Under the pieces are notes generated by a model. It ran no database searches, was not told the DNA's origin, and saw nothing but the letters and a program-made list of their open reading frames with translations. Shown here piece by piece: positions 39,001 through 47,738 of a stretch of 64,000 nt of DNA. Made by a program: the position numbers and the translations under genes. The DNA lies in assembly GCA_937897625.1 (NCBI GenBank), contig CALCNZ010000107.1, positions 12,511-76,510 of the forward strand. The letters are read 5' to 3'. This stretch comes from an uncultured Flavobacteriales bacterium. Its GTDB lineage: Bacteria > Bacteroidota > Bacteroidia > Flavobacteriales_D > Sanyastnellaceae. Within the stretch, counting starts at the first letter, position 1, and each line of letters starts with the position of its first letter.

Positions 39001-39138
39001 CGCGAACGCATCATTCAAAAAATGGAAGCAGCTAAAAACGGCGGCGCTTCAACCAGAAAACCACAACCGAAGACGCCGCATCACTTCCATTGCGACAGTA
39101 TGGACGAAACGTCAAAAGGAATTTTCATTAAAGAATAA
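36061..39138 (+). CDS. secreted two-module amidohydrolase family protein (N-terminal degenerate module plus C-terminal catalytic module)
   Basis: Signal peptide. Module 1 has AGFIDVFSSYG, with no HxH. Module 2 has PGIIDEHSHIA, LHGSAN, CHSY, NSDD and the tail GSLKVGKDADFVIW. Confidence 0.8.
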   Translation: MRKLFILGLVIATHVHLFAQETFPFNGVRPKDVTSYALVNATVYSTPENKLEGATVVIEKGKIIAVGKGVAIPSNCVRIDATGKFIYAGFIDVFSSYGIPKKQNQNHGEESEDSGKGPLNWNAAIHPEYNASLEIQHNEEEAESYRNTGITAVCTHKADGIARGNGALVSLGSEIHADIISTEAASYFSFNKGSSPQQYPSSIMGSIALLRQTYCDANWYANLKGSGETNLSLRALNANSNHAQIFEANDKWNILRADAVGDEFGVQYIFKTNGNEYQRLEEMKGTKGKFIVPVNFPLAFDVSDPASNRYISTAELKHWELAPYNLAYMHKAGLEFCITSSDLEDKSQFLENLKIAVENGLPADIALAALTTRPAQYLNAQQRVGSILAGYDANLIITNKELFSSDSKILETWVNGKPYFVSSSESISLEGTYKIQVVGIEIQAEGKKGKGEEVVVASKLKTTDALKKLHESFGSVAKDSTLIQLKLQLKDGFPVGELTLDSASFVRVSGNIHPKEKGLLLDLTSFGKPALNIAVVVTPLPKKEEEKKGEKTKTLPGEIIYPFTAYGKTSLPKKENVVFRNATLWTCENGTIQEGDLWVKDGKIAGIGVDISIPKEEVVQEVDAKGKHISPGIIDEHSHIALSSVNEGTQASSAEVEEGSVIYPEDIDIYRQLSGGTTASQLLHGSANPIGGQSALVKLRWGANAEGMKIENAPGFIKFALGENVKQSNWGDHSVTRFPQTRMGVEQVYYDHFYRALEYGKAWDTYNAACKKVKKGLPMPLAPRRDLELETILEILRKERFISCHSYVQSEINMLMHVADSFNFKINTFTHILEGYKVADKMKAHGAGASTFSDWWAYKAEVKDAIPYNAAIMYEQGIVVAINSDDAEMGARLNQEAGKIVKYGGVPAEEALKMVTLNPAKLLHLDNRMGSLKVGKDADFVIWNNEPLSIYARAEKTYIDGTCYFNLEEDEKAREAFAAERERIIQKMEAAKNGGASTRKPQPKTPHHFHCDSMDETSKGIFIKE

Positions 39139-39144
39139 ACGAAC

Positions 39145-40464
39145 ATGAACATCCGAAAAATATTTTTAGCATTCGCGCTTCTTGCAAGCATCTGTGTTGA
39201 AGCACAGCACCGCCCAACGCCCGCGTCGGCTCAAAGTAATTCAATCATACTTACCAACTGCTACGCGCATTTGGGAAATGGAAAAGTCATTGAAAACGCC
39301 TACATCGCTTTTGAAAACGGTGTACTTACGCTCGTTGCAGACGCCACCGTTTCACGCATAGATGTAACGAAATACGATAAGGTCATTCCCATTGAAGGGC
39401 AACACGTTTATCCTGGATTCATTGCGCCGAACTCATCGTTGGGACTGGTTGAAATAGATGCGATTCGTGCGCAAAACGACTTATACGAAGTGGGAACTTT
39501 CAAACCGAGCGTTCGTTCGGTTATTGCGTACAACGCAGACTCAGAAATTATTCCCACCGTTCGTTCGAACGGAGTGTTATTGGGACAAATAACGCCGCGA
39601 GGCGGAATAATTTCAGGCTCTTCGTCTGTCATGCAATTCGATGCCTGGAACTGGGAAGACGCTGTGGTACGTGCAGACGATGGCCTTCACTTGAACTGGC
39701 CGCAAGTCATTCACAGGCACTACGACAAAGGAAGAATCCTAGTGTCAAAAGTGAAAAGCTATGATCAACAAAAGCGCGAAATAGAATTGTTCTTCAGCGA
39801 CGCGAAAGCCTACGCGAAAGCGCCAAAGGGAGATTTGACCGAGCTTCGCTTCGAAGCCATGGCCGGGCTTTTCGACGGAACCAAAACGCTCTATGTTCAT
39901 GCCGATGAATTGAAGTCTATACACGAAGCCATTCAATTCAAACGCGACATGGGCATTGTGAAGGTGGTTCTTGTTGGCGGATACGACGCACCGCTTGCGG
40001 CTTCCATCTTGAAAGAAGAAAACGTTTCAGTGCTTCTTCGTCGTGTGCACGATTTAGCTTCATTGGACGAAGACGATCCACACGCCTCTTTCGCTTTAGC
40101 GAAAAAATTATACGACGCCGGAATCCTTTTCGCTTTCCAAAACGAAGGAGACATGGAGCGCATGGGCACGCGAAACCTGCCATTCATGGCCGGTACAGCC
40201 GTTGCGCATGGACTTCCATACGAAGAGGCGGTGAAGGCTTTGACCAGTAATGCAGCGTCTATTTTAGGCATCGATAAAAAGTACGGAACGCTTGAAGTGG
40301 GCAAGAGTGCAACACTTTTCGTTTCATATGGCGATGCGTTGAACATGACCACCAATCAATTGCGCTTGGCCTACATAGACGGAAGGAGCATTGATTTGAA
40401 TAACATGCAAACCGAAATGTACCTGCTGTACAAGAACAAATACGATAAAGAACGAAGCAAATAA
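39145..40464 (+). CDS. secreted amidohydrolase-fold protein lacking the HxH metal motif
   Basis: Signal peptide. PGFIAPNSSLGLVE stands where PGFID-H-H is expected. The C-terminus GTLEVGKSATLFV fits the amidohydrolase fold. Confidence 0.7.
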   Translation: MNIRKIFLAFALLASICVEAQHRPTPASAQSNSIILTNCYAHLGNGKVIENAYIAFENGVLTLVADATVSRIDVTKYDKVIPIEGQHVYPGFIAPNSSLGLVEIDAIRAQNDLYEVGTFKPSVRSVIAYNADSEIIPTVRSNGVLLGQITPRGGIISGSSSVMQFDAWNWEDAVVRADDGLHLNWPQVIHRHYDKGRILVSKVKSYDQQKREIELFFSDAKAYAKAPKGDLTELRFEAMAGLFDGTKTLYVHADELKSIHEAIQFKRDMGIVKVVLVGGYDAPLAASILKEENVSVLLRRVHDLASLDEDDPHASFALAKKLYDAGILFAFQNEGDMERMGTRNLPFMAGTAVAHGLPYEEAVKALTSNAASILGIDKKYGTLEVGKSATLFVSYGDALNMTTNQLRLAYIDGRSIDLNNMQTEMYLLYKNKYDKERSK

Positions 40465-40494
40465 AGCTGTTTCTTTGCAGCGAATTTTAACATT

Positions 40495-41472
40495 ATGGCA
40501 CGCGTATTAACAGGCATTCAAAGCACAGGAACACCGCATTTAGGTAATGTGTTAGGAGCTATTGCTCCGGCAATTGAAATGAGTAATCACCCCTCTAACG
40601 AGGCGTATTTATTCATTGCGAATTTCCACACCCTTACCCAAATCAAGAATGCGGAAGAGATTCGAAACAACACCTACAGTGTTGCTGCTGCCTGGTTAGC
40701 GTGTGGTTTCAACACAGATAAAAATGTGTTCTACAGACAAAGCGATGTTCCTGAAGTTACAGAGCTTGCTTGGTATTTGAACTGCTTCACGCCGTTTCCC
40801 ATGTTGGCGAATGCGCACAGTTTTAAAGACCGTCAAGATCGCTTGAAAGAAGTGAATGCAGGCTTATTTACCTATCCGGTATTAATGGCTGCAGACATCT
40901 TGTTGTACGACGCAAACGTTGTTCCCGTAGGAAAAGATCAGCTTCAACATTTAGAAATTACACGCGACATTGCTTCTGCATTCAATCATCAAATGGGCGA
41001 AACGTTTGTGTTGCCCGATTCAAAAGTGAACGAAGCAACCATGTATGTTCCGGGAACAGACGGACAAAAAATGAGCAAGAGTTATGGCAACTACATCAAC
41101 ATTTTTCTTCCTGAAAAAGAGTTGAAAGATGTCATTAACAAGAACATTGTTACCGACGCTACCACGCTGGAAGATCCGAAAGATCCGAATGCCAACAGCA
41201 TTTGTGCACTGCACGAACTCATTGCTGGAAGCGCTGAAGCGGCTGTTCTTCGCGAAAAATTAATGGCTGGAAATTTCGGATGGGGACATGCGAAGAAAGA
41301 ATTGCTTAGTGCTATTCTAACGCGTTTCGAAGCGGAAAGAAAAAGTTACTTCGAGTACATTTCAGACTTCTCTTCACTTGAAAATATATTGAAACAGGGC
41401 GGAGAAAAAGCGCGCGTTACAGCGTCAAACACATTGGATCGCGTTCGCAAAAATTTAGGTTATTCCGTATAG
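40495..41472 (+). CDS. trpS: tryptophan--tRNA ligase
   Basis: HIGH-type motif GTPHLGN and a KMSKS motif. Length is 325 aa. Confidence 0.95.
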   Translation: MARVLTGIQSTGTPHLGNVLGAIAPAIEMSNHPSNEAYLFIANFHTLTQIKNAEEIRNNTYSVAAAWLACGFNTDKNVFYRQSDVPEVTELAWYLNCFTPFPMLANAHSFKDRQDRLKEVNAGLFTYPVLMAADILLYDANVVPVGKDQLQHLEITRDIASAFNHQMGETFVLPDSKVNEATMYVPGTDGQKMSKSYGNYINIFLPEKELKDVINKNIVTDATTLEDPKDPNANSICALHELIAGSAEAAVLREKLMAGNFGWGHAKKELLSAILTRFEAERKSYFEYISDFSSLENILKQGGEKARVTASNTLDRVRKNLGYSV

Positions 41473-41512
41473 CACTTCGTTTCGTATCTTTCGATTCTAA
41501 ACCAATCCAACC

Positions 41513-42259
41513 GTGCACTACATACTAGCGCCTATATATTTCATTTATAAACTTTGGATAGGTTTAGTTTTTTGGGCTACCCTTATTATTCTTTACATTC
41601 CATTTGTTTGGGTCTACAAAAAGAGAGAAAGACACGTGAAGGCCTTTGCATTGAAACGCTTCTGGGGAAAGCTCATTCGCAAATGCATCTTTTGTCCAAT
41701 CGAAGTCACGTTTGAAGCGCCACTTCCGGAAGGTTCTTTCATTATTGCATCGAATCACAGCAGCTACCTCGACACTGTTTTCATGTATGAAGCCATTGGC
41801 AGAAATTTTCTATTTGTTGGAAAGGGCGAGTTGTTAAGCTGGCCGTTGTTTTCTTTGTTTTTCCGAAAACAAGACATTCCCATTCGTCGCGGACAGACCA
41901 AGGCAGCACTTGTGGCAATGGAGCGTGTGGCAAAAAGTTTACGCAACGACATGAGCGTGGCTATTTATCCGGAAGGTACCATTCCTGACGACGCGCCCAA
42001 GTTACTTCCATTTAAAAACGGAGCATTCAAAGTTGCTATTGAGCAGCAAACGCCCATTGTTCCTGTTACGTGGCATTCGAATTATAAAGTGTTGTTAGAT
42101 CCCGCAAAGTTTTTTCAATACTCCCTTCCACATAAAATAAAAGTAACCGTGCATGCGCCAATTGCTACGGCAGGGTTAACTGCTTCCGATTTATTACCTT
42201 TGCGCTCTCAAGCGTTTGAAACCATTCAACGCGAATTGAATAAAACACATGAAAGTTGA
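41513..42259 (+). CDS. plsC: 1-acyl-sn-glycerol-3-phosphate acyltransferase family protein (GTG start)
   Basis: N-terminal transmembrane segment, HxxxxD motif NHSSYLD, and the EGT motif IYPEGT. Confidence 0.85.
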   Translation: MHYILAPIYFIYKLWIGLVFWATLIILYIPFVWVYKKRERHVKAFALKRFWGKLIRKCIFCPIEVTFEAPLPEGSFIIASNHSSYLDTVFMYEAIGRNFLFVGKGELLSWPLFSLFFRKQDIPIRRGQTKAALVAMERVAKSLRNDMSVAIYPEGTIPDDAPKLLPFKNGAFKVAIEQQTPIVPVTWHSNYKVLLDPAKFFQYSLPHKIKVTVHAPIATAGLTASDLLPLRSQAFETIQRELNKTHES

Positions 42260-42539
42260 TGTTGCCACCGTTCGTCGCCTAGCTGAATTAAGCAAGCTGT
42301 CTTTTTCTGAAAACGAAGAAACAGAGATGGTAGACGGGTTGAACGAAATGATTGCATTTGTAGATAAGCTTAAAGAGCTTGACACCGCAGATGTAGAGCC
42401 TCTCGTGTTTATGACCGACGAAACCAACGTTCTTCGTGAAGATGTTGTTGAAGCTCCAATTACACAAGCGGAAGCCTTAAAAAACGCACCTTCAAAAGAC
42501 ATGTATTACTTCCGTGTTCCTAAAGTCATTAAACAATAA
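42249..42539 (+). CDS. gatC: Asp-tRNA(Asn)/Glu-tRNA(Gln) amidotransferase subunit C
   Basis: 96 aa. VRRLAELSKLSFSENEETEMVDGLNEMIAFVDKLKELDT is typical of GatC. Confidence 0.88.
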   Translation: MKVDVATVRRLAELSKLSFSENEETEMVDGLNEMIAFVDKLKELDTADVEPLVFMTDETNVLREDVVEAPITQAEALKNAPSKDMYYFRVPKVIKQ

Positions 42540-42542
42540 TTC

Positions 42543-43283
42543 ATGCATCCGTTTAAAAAGCTTTCTATACTTATTCCTGCATACAACGAGGGAAGAACCA
42601 TTCATCTTATTCTTGATCGCATTGGTGAAGTTCAATTGGTGAACAACATTGAAATGGAAATCGTGATTGTGAACGATGCATCTACAGACAACACTGTGGA
42701 GGCTATTGAATCATACATTGCTGCTCATCCCGAGCGTACGTTCAACTTTTACTCACAACCCTTCAATCAAGGAAAGGGAGCAGCTTTACACAAAGCTATT
42801 GAGATTGCAACGGGAGATTATATTTTAGTTCAAGACGCAGATTTGGAATACGATCCAGACGAGTACAACGATTTGTTGAAGCCTGTTTTCAAAGATGGAG
42901 CAGACGTGGTGTATGGTTCTCGTTTCATGGGCGGAAATCCTCACCGTATCCTGTTCTTCTGGCACAGCATCGGGAACAAGCTCTTAACCTTCGCAAGCAA
43001 CGCATTTACCAATCTGAATTTGACAGATATGGAAACGTGCTACAAACTTATTCGTACAGACATTGCACAGAATTTATTGTTGTGTGAAAAACGCTTTGGC
43101 TTCGAACCAGAAATAACTGCGAAGCTCTCAAGAATTCCAAACATTCGAATCTACGAAGTTGGAATTTCATACTACGGAAGAACCTACGAAGAGGGTAAAA
43201 AGATTGGTTGGAAAGACGGCGTTCGCGCGTTTTGGTGCATCGCGAAATACAATATCTGGAGCCGCAAAGCCACAAAGGGCTAG
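42543..43283 (+). CDS. family 2 glycosyltransferase (polyprenol-phosphate glycosyltransferase-like)
   Basis: [25 protein letters not shown] and a DAD motif ([10 protein letters not shown]). Confidence 0.85.
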   Translation: MHPFKKLSILIPAYNEGRTIHLILDRIGEVQLVNNIEMEIVIVNDASTDNTVEAIESYIAAHPERTFNFYSQPFNQGKGAALHKAIEIATGDYILVQDADLEYDPDEYNDLLKPVFKDGADVVYGSRFMGGNPHRILFFWHSIGNKLLTFASNAFTNLNLTDMETCYKLIRTDIAQNLLLCEKRFGFEPEITAKLSRIPNIRIYEVGISYYGRTYEEGKKIGWKDGVRAFWCIAKYNIWSRKATKG

Positions 43284-43324
43284 ATTTTTCAAAAGGTGCT
43301 TCGCAAGGTCGCTAAGCGAAGAAG

Positions 43325-43789
43325 CTACTTCGATTTCGCTAAACGAAATCCGATGTCATAAATCCCTTCAACCGGATTGACGCGCATGGCTTGATGAATG
43401 GACACTTTGTAATGTCCTGAAAGCGGAAATTGTTTGCGTGATTTATAAATGATTCGGTTGTCGTAAAGGTCTCCCAATCCAGATTTTCCATACCATTTTC
43501 CTTGCGCATCTGCCATTGGACATTCCAAGGTATCCACGGCTAATTTTCCATTTGGAAATTCCATTTCAATAAACACAAAAAGATTGCTGAATTCGAACTG
43601 CTCTCCGTTTCTGATATCAATAAAAAAGTCGTGCAGACTTACAGTGTCTTGAATATCGAATTCGAAATTTGCCGACTGTTTGTTATCCCAAACGCCGCCC
43701 TCAATGGGCATGTTGCTTTCGTACACAAAATCATCGGCACATGAACTAAGAAGGAGCGTCAGACTTAAAAAGAAAACTATTCTCATCAT
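43325..43789 (-). CDS. gldH: gliding motility lipoprotein GldH
   Basis: Lipobox LLLSSC. The ~155 aa length and blocks such as NLFVFIEMEFPNGK...DTLECPMADAQGKWYGKSG fit GldH. It lies immediately downstream of the PSP1 gene, overlapping by 4 nt. Confidence 0.7.
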   Translation of the reverse strand: MMRIVFFLSLTLLLSSCADDFVYESNMPIEGGVWDNKQSANFEFDIQDTVSLHDFFIDIRNGEQFEFSNLFVFIEMEFPNGKLAVDTLECPMADAQGKWYGKSGLGDLYDNRIIYKSRKQFPLSGHYKVSIHQAMRVNPVEGIYDIGFRLAKSK

Positions 43790-45084
43790 TCTTTTGGGCC
43801 TTGATTCGGATTGTTTGGTTTGCCTTTGAAGCGGTTGGATCTGTTACCGTTTCCTTGAGGTCTATTGCCTTCTTTCGGCTTCGGTCCTGTAGTGCTCTGA
43901 GGGTTGGTATTGTTTCCGCCTGCGGGTGCTGGTCTGTTCGCATTTCCACCAGGCTTGTTGTTACGATTACGGTTGTTATTGTTCGGCTTACGCTTTTTAT
44001 TATCGAAACGAGTTAAACTGTCTTGTCCAACAACCTCAGCAAATTCAACACTTTCAACAACCTCTTTCTCTTCAATAAACGTTTGAACTTCACCAATCAC
44101 TTCACCGCGTTTGTTCTTTTCAATTATGTCCTTTACCACATCTGCAGAAAGCGCAAACGGGCCATCTGCGTGCTGACCTTCGATGGTGTAATAAATGACT
44201 TGCTTGAAAATATCTGTTTTGAAATGCGTTGCAATTCCTTTCGGAAGTTTCAATTTCACGTGTGTTGGAGGAAGCATACGAACGGCTTCAACGTATTGAT
44301 CGAGTTCGTAATTCAAACAGCATTTCAGCTTTCCACATTGACCGGCTAATTTACCTGGATTCAGCGAAAGCTGCTGATAGCGAGCTGCGCCGGTAGACAC
44401 CGATCTGAAATCGGTTAACCATGTAGAGCAGCAAAGCTCTCTTCCACACGAGCCTATTCCGCCTAAGCGTCCTGCTTCAAGACGAAGTCCTATCTGGCGC
44501 ATTTCAATGCGCACCTTGAACTCTTCAGCATACTTGCGAATGAGTTCACGAAAATCTACACGGTCATCGGCCGTGTAGTAGAATATCGCGCGGGTTTTAT
44601 CTCCTTGATATTCCACGTCGCTAATCTTCATTTGAAGACCCAACTCGCGCGAAATCTCGCGTGAGCGAATCATGGTGCTCGTTTCCAACTGACGCGCAGC
44701 TTGCCACGTATCGAAGTCCGATTGCTCTGCCTTTCGAAGCACGCGCTTCAATTCGTAGTTGTCCTTAACGTCTCTGCGATTCATTTGAACACGAACCAAC
44801 TCACCCGCTAAAGAAACAATGCCAACATCGTAACCAGTAGAAGCTTCAACGGCAATTACATCACCTTGAAACAACTCTAAATTTCCTTTTCTAAAAAATG
44901 CCTTACGACCATTTTTAAAACGCGCTTCTACAACGTCAAACGGCTTCAAGCCGTCTGCCAATGGAACTCCTGACAACCAATCGAAAACTTCCATCTTACC
45001 CGTACTGCAAGTACCGCAATTACCATTGCTCTTACAGCCGTTAGGAACGCCACCATCTTTACTTCCACAACTCGAACATCCCAT
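43786..45084 (-). CDS. PSP1 domain protein (RicT/YaaT-like) with a Cys-rich N-terminus and a low-complexity N/G/P/K-rich tail
   Basis: The PSP1 core is seen in the blocks VVEARFKNGRKAFF, GDVIAVEASTGYDVG and VRIEMRQIG, plus the Cys cluster CGRELCCSTWL and CGKLKCCLNYE. Confidence 0.85.
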   Translation of the reverse strand: MGCSSCGSKDGGVPNGCKSNGNCGTCSTGKMEVFDWLSGVPLADGLKPFDVVEARFKNGRKAFFRKGNLELFQGDVIAVEASTGYDVGIVSLAGELVRVQMNRRDVKDNYELKRVLRKAEQSDFDTWQAARQLETSTMIRSREISRELGLQMKISDVEYQGDKTRAIFYYTADDRVDFRELIRKYAEEFKVRIEMRQIGLRLEAGRLGGIGSCGRELCCSTWLTDFRSVSTGAARYQQLSLNPGKLAGQCGKLKCCLNYELDQYVEAVRMLPPTHVKLKLPKGIATHFKTDIFKQVIYYTIEGQHADGPFALSADVVKDIIEKNKRGEVIGEVQTFIEEKEVVESVEFAEVVGQDSLTRFDNKKRKPNNNNRNRNNKPGGNANRPAPAGGNNTNPQSTTGPKPKEGNRPQGNGNRSNRFKGKPNNPNQGPKE

Positions 45085-45115
45085 GTTTTCTATTTTATAT
45101 TCTCAAATATACAAA

Positions 45116-47737
45116 TTAGCTTCCCACTATCTTCTTGATCTCGTTCAACTTGAACAAAGCTTCAACCGGGGTTAACGTATTGATATCTATTTTTTCTACT
45201 TCTTTTTTAATCTGAACCAAGGTCGGATCATCGAGTTGAAAAAAGCTCAATTGCATTTTTTCTTCTCCTTGAACACTAACCGTTTTTCCTTTGCCCGCAG
45301 GGGCTTCGCCTCTTTTTGTTTCCAATTGATGAAGCATATCGTTTGCGCGATTCACAACCGTTTTGGGCATTCCCGCCAACTGCGCCACGTGAATTCCAAA
45401 GCTGTGATTGCTTCCACCTTCTTGCAACTTCCTTCTGAAAACAATTTTTCCTTTCGCTTCAGAAACCGATACGTTGAAGTTTTTTATGCGCGGAAATAAA
45501 TTCGTCATATCATTCAACTCATGGTAATGCGTCGCGAAAAGAGTCTTCGCTCTGAACTGCGAATGCTCGTGCAGGTATTCCGCAATGGCCCAAGCAATAG
45601 ATACACCGTCATAGGTAGAAGTTCCTCTTCCAATCTCATCGAGTAGAATTAAACTGCGATCACTCAAGTTATTCAAGATGCTCGCGGTTTCGTTCATTTC
45701 AACCATGAACGTAGACTCACCCGCACTCATGTTGTCGTTCGCCCCCACACGTGTAAAGACTTTGTCTACAATGCCCATTTTCACACGCTTTGCAGGAACA
45801 TAAGATCCCATCTGAGCCATAAGCACAATAAGCGCTGTCTGGCGCAACACAGCAGACTTACCCGACATGTTCGGTCCGGTAATCATCATAATCTGTTGCG
45901 AGTCTCTATCGAGGGTAATGTCGTTCGCGATATACGGATCGTTTGGCGGAAGGCGCAATTCAATAATGGCGTGTCTTCCTTGTTCAATTTCTAACTTATT
46001 CTCTTCCGTAAACTCAGGTGCACAATATTTATTCGCCACTGCAACCGTTGCGAAAGAGGCCAACGCGTCAATCTCTGCAAGCACACGAGCGTTCAACTGC
46101 ATGCTCACCAAATGCGGCAACGTTTCTTCAATCAACGATTGATAAATCTGATTTTCTAAAATTGAAATCTTGTCTTCCGCACCGGTAATTTTCGCTTCGT
46201 ATTCCTTCAACTCGGGTGTAATGTATCGCTCCGCTTGCGTTACCGTTTGCTTACGAATCCATTCCGGTGGAACCTTATCCTTGTGCGTGTTGCGCACTTC
46301 CAAATAATATCCGAAGACATTGTTGAACGCAATCTTCAAGGAAGGAATTCCTGTGCGTTCGCTTTCACGTTCTTGCACCATTTGCAAATAGTCTTTTCCA
46401 GACTTTTGCAAATTGCGCAATTCATCCAATTCAGCATTTACGCCTTCGGCAATAACAGAGCCTCTGTTCAAGGCAAGTGGCGCTTCCGGATTTATCTTTT
46501 CAAATATGTTATTGCACCACTCGGTCAAGGGTTTCAAAACATTGAACAAAGCTTGTATCTCCTTGCTGGTCGACTTCGATCCCAAGGATTGAATATGCTC
46601 TGCCGTTTGCATGCCTTTGGCCAATTGCAGAAGTTCGCGTGGATTCACGCGACCCGTTGCAATCTTCGAAGCCAACCGCTCCATGTCGCCAATGGTGTTC
46701 AAATGCAAACGAGTCTCGGCCAACAGTTCTGCGTTCTTGACAAAACTTCCAACGACAAACTGACGTTTTTCAATTTGTGAAATGTCTTTCAGCGGCATAA
46801 GCACCCAACGACGCAGAAGTCGCGCTCCCATGGGTGTGCTCGTGTGATTAAGCGTGTAAAACAACGTTGCTGTCTCGTCGTAATTCGAATGCACCAACTC
46901 TAAATTGCGAATGGTGAAACGGTCTAACCAAACAAACGTGTCTTCTTCAATGCGTGAGATTTTTTGAATATGCTGCGTCTTGTGGTGCTGCGTATCTTTC
47001 AAATAATGCAAAACGGCACCTGCAGCAATAACACCGAGCTTTAGCTCTTCAACACCGAAACCTTTAAGCGATTTCGTATCGAATTGCTTTTGCAAAACTT
47101 CTTTCGCGTAGTCCAATGAGAACACCCATTCGTCTACGCGAAACGTAAACCACTTCGTATCTCCGAATGCTTCGCGGAACTGCTGGTCTTCATGTTTTTG
47201 AAACAATACTTCGTTCGGACGAAAGCTCTGAAGCAATTTATTAATGTGGGAAGTACTTCCTTCCGCCAAATAAAATTCACCGGTGGAAATATCTAAAAAA
47301 CTCACCCCCGCTTGCTGATCGCGCATCACAACAGCCGCCAAAAATTGGTTGTTCGAACTGTCGTAGGTTTTCTCGTTATAGCTCACCGCAGGTGTTACCA
47401 ATTCGGTCACTCCGCGCTTCACAATTTTCTTCGTAAGCTTTGGATCTTCGAGCTGATCGCAAATAGCTACGCGGTTTCCAGCGCGAACCAACTTCGGCAA
47501 ATAAGTGTCTAACGAATGATGCGGAAAGCCTGCTAACTCAATGTAAGCAGCCGCTCCATTCTTTCGCTTGGTTAGTGTAATTCCTAAAATGCGTGCAGCC
47601 GCAATCGCGTCTGAACCGAAGGTTTCATAAAAATCGCCCACACGAAACAACAAGAGCGCATCTGGATATTGCGCCTTAATCTCGTTGTATTGTTTCATGA
47701 GTGGTGTTTCCACCACAGTCGATTTTTCTTCGGTCAT
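45116..47737 (-). CDS. mutS: DNA mismatch repair protein MutS
   Basis: TPLMKQYNEIKAQYPDALLLFRVGDFYETF, Walker A GPNMSGKS, and DEIGRGTSTYDG. Confidence 0.96.
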   Translation of the reverse strand: MTEEKSTVVETPLMKQYNEIKAQYPDALLLFRVGDFYETFGSDAIAAARILGITLTKRKNGAAAYIELAGFPHHSLDTYLPKLVRAGNRVAICDQLEDPKLTKKIVKRGVTELVTPAVSYNEKTYDSSNNQFLAAVVMRDQQAGVSFLDISTGEFYLAEGSTSHINKLLQSFRPNEVLFQKHEDQQFREAFGDTKWFTFRVDEWVFSLDYAKEVLQKQFDTKSLKGFGVEELKLGVIAAGAVLHYLKDTQHHKTQHIQKISRIEEDTFVWLDRFTIRNLELVHSNYDETATLFYTLNHTSTPMGARLLRRWVLMPLKDISQIEKRQFVVGSFVKNAELLAETRLHLNTIGDMERLASKIATGRVNPRELLQLAKGMQTAEHIQSLGSKSTSKEIQALFNVLKPLTEWCNNIFEKINPEAPLALNRGSVIAEGVNAELDELRNLQKSGKDYLQMVQERESERTGIPSLKIAFNNVFGYYLEVRNTHKDKVPPEWIRKQTVTQAERYITPELKEYEAKITGAEDKISILENQIYQSLIEETLPHLVSMQLNARVLAEIDALASFATVAVANKYCAPEFTEENKLEIEQGRHAIIELRLPPNDPYIANDITLDRDSQQIMMITGPNMSGKSAVLRQTALIVLMAQMGSYVPAKRVKMGIVDKVFTRVGANDNMSAGESTFMVEMNETASILNNLSDRSLILLDEIGRGTSTYDGVSIAWAIAEYLHEHSQFRAKTLFATHYHELNDMTNLFPRIKNFNVSVSEAKGKIVFRRKLQEGGSNHSFGIHVAQLAGMPKTVVNRANDMLHQLETKRGEAPAGKGKTVSVQGEEKMQLSFFQLDDPTLVQIKKEVEKIDINTLTPVEALFKLNEIKKIVGS

Positions 47738-47738
47738 A

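Noticed and set aside
42194-42502. A 102-aa minus-strand ORF that is S/T-rich.
   Set aside because: It is antisense to gatC and the plsC 3' end, and it is low-complexity.
26998-42539. gatA and gatC lie 14 kb apart and gatB is absent, which could look like a disrupted gatCAB operon.
   Set aside because: Both genes look intact and full length. Dispersed gat genes are common outside Firmicutes and Proteobacteria. There is no sign of rearrangement scars or mobile elements.
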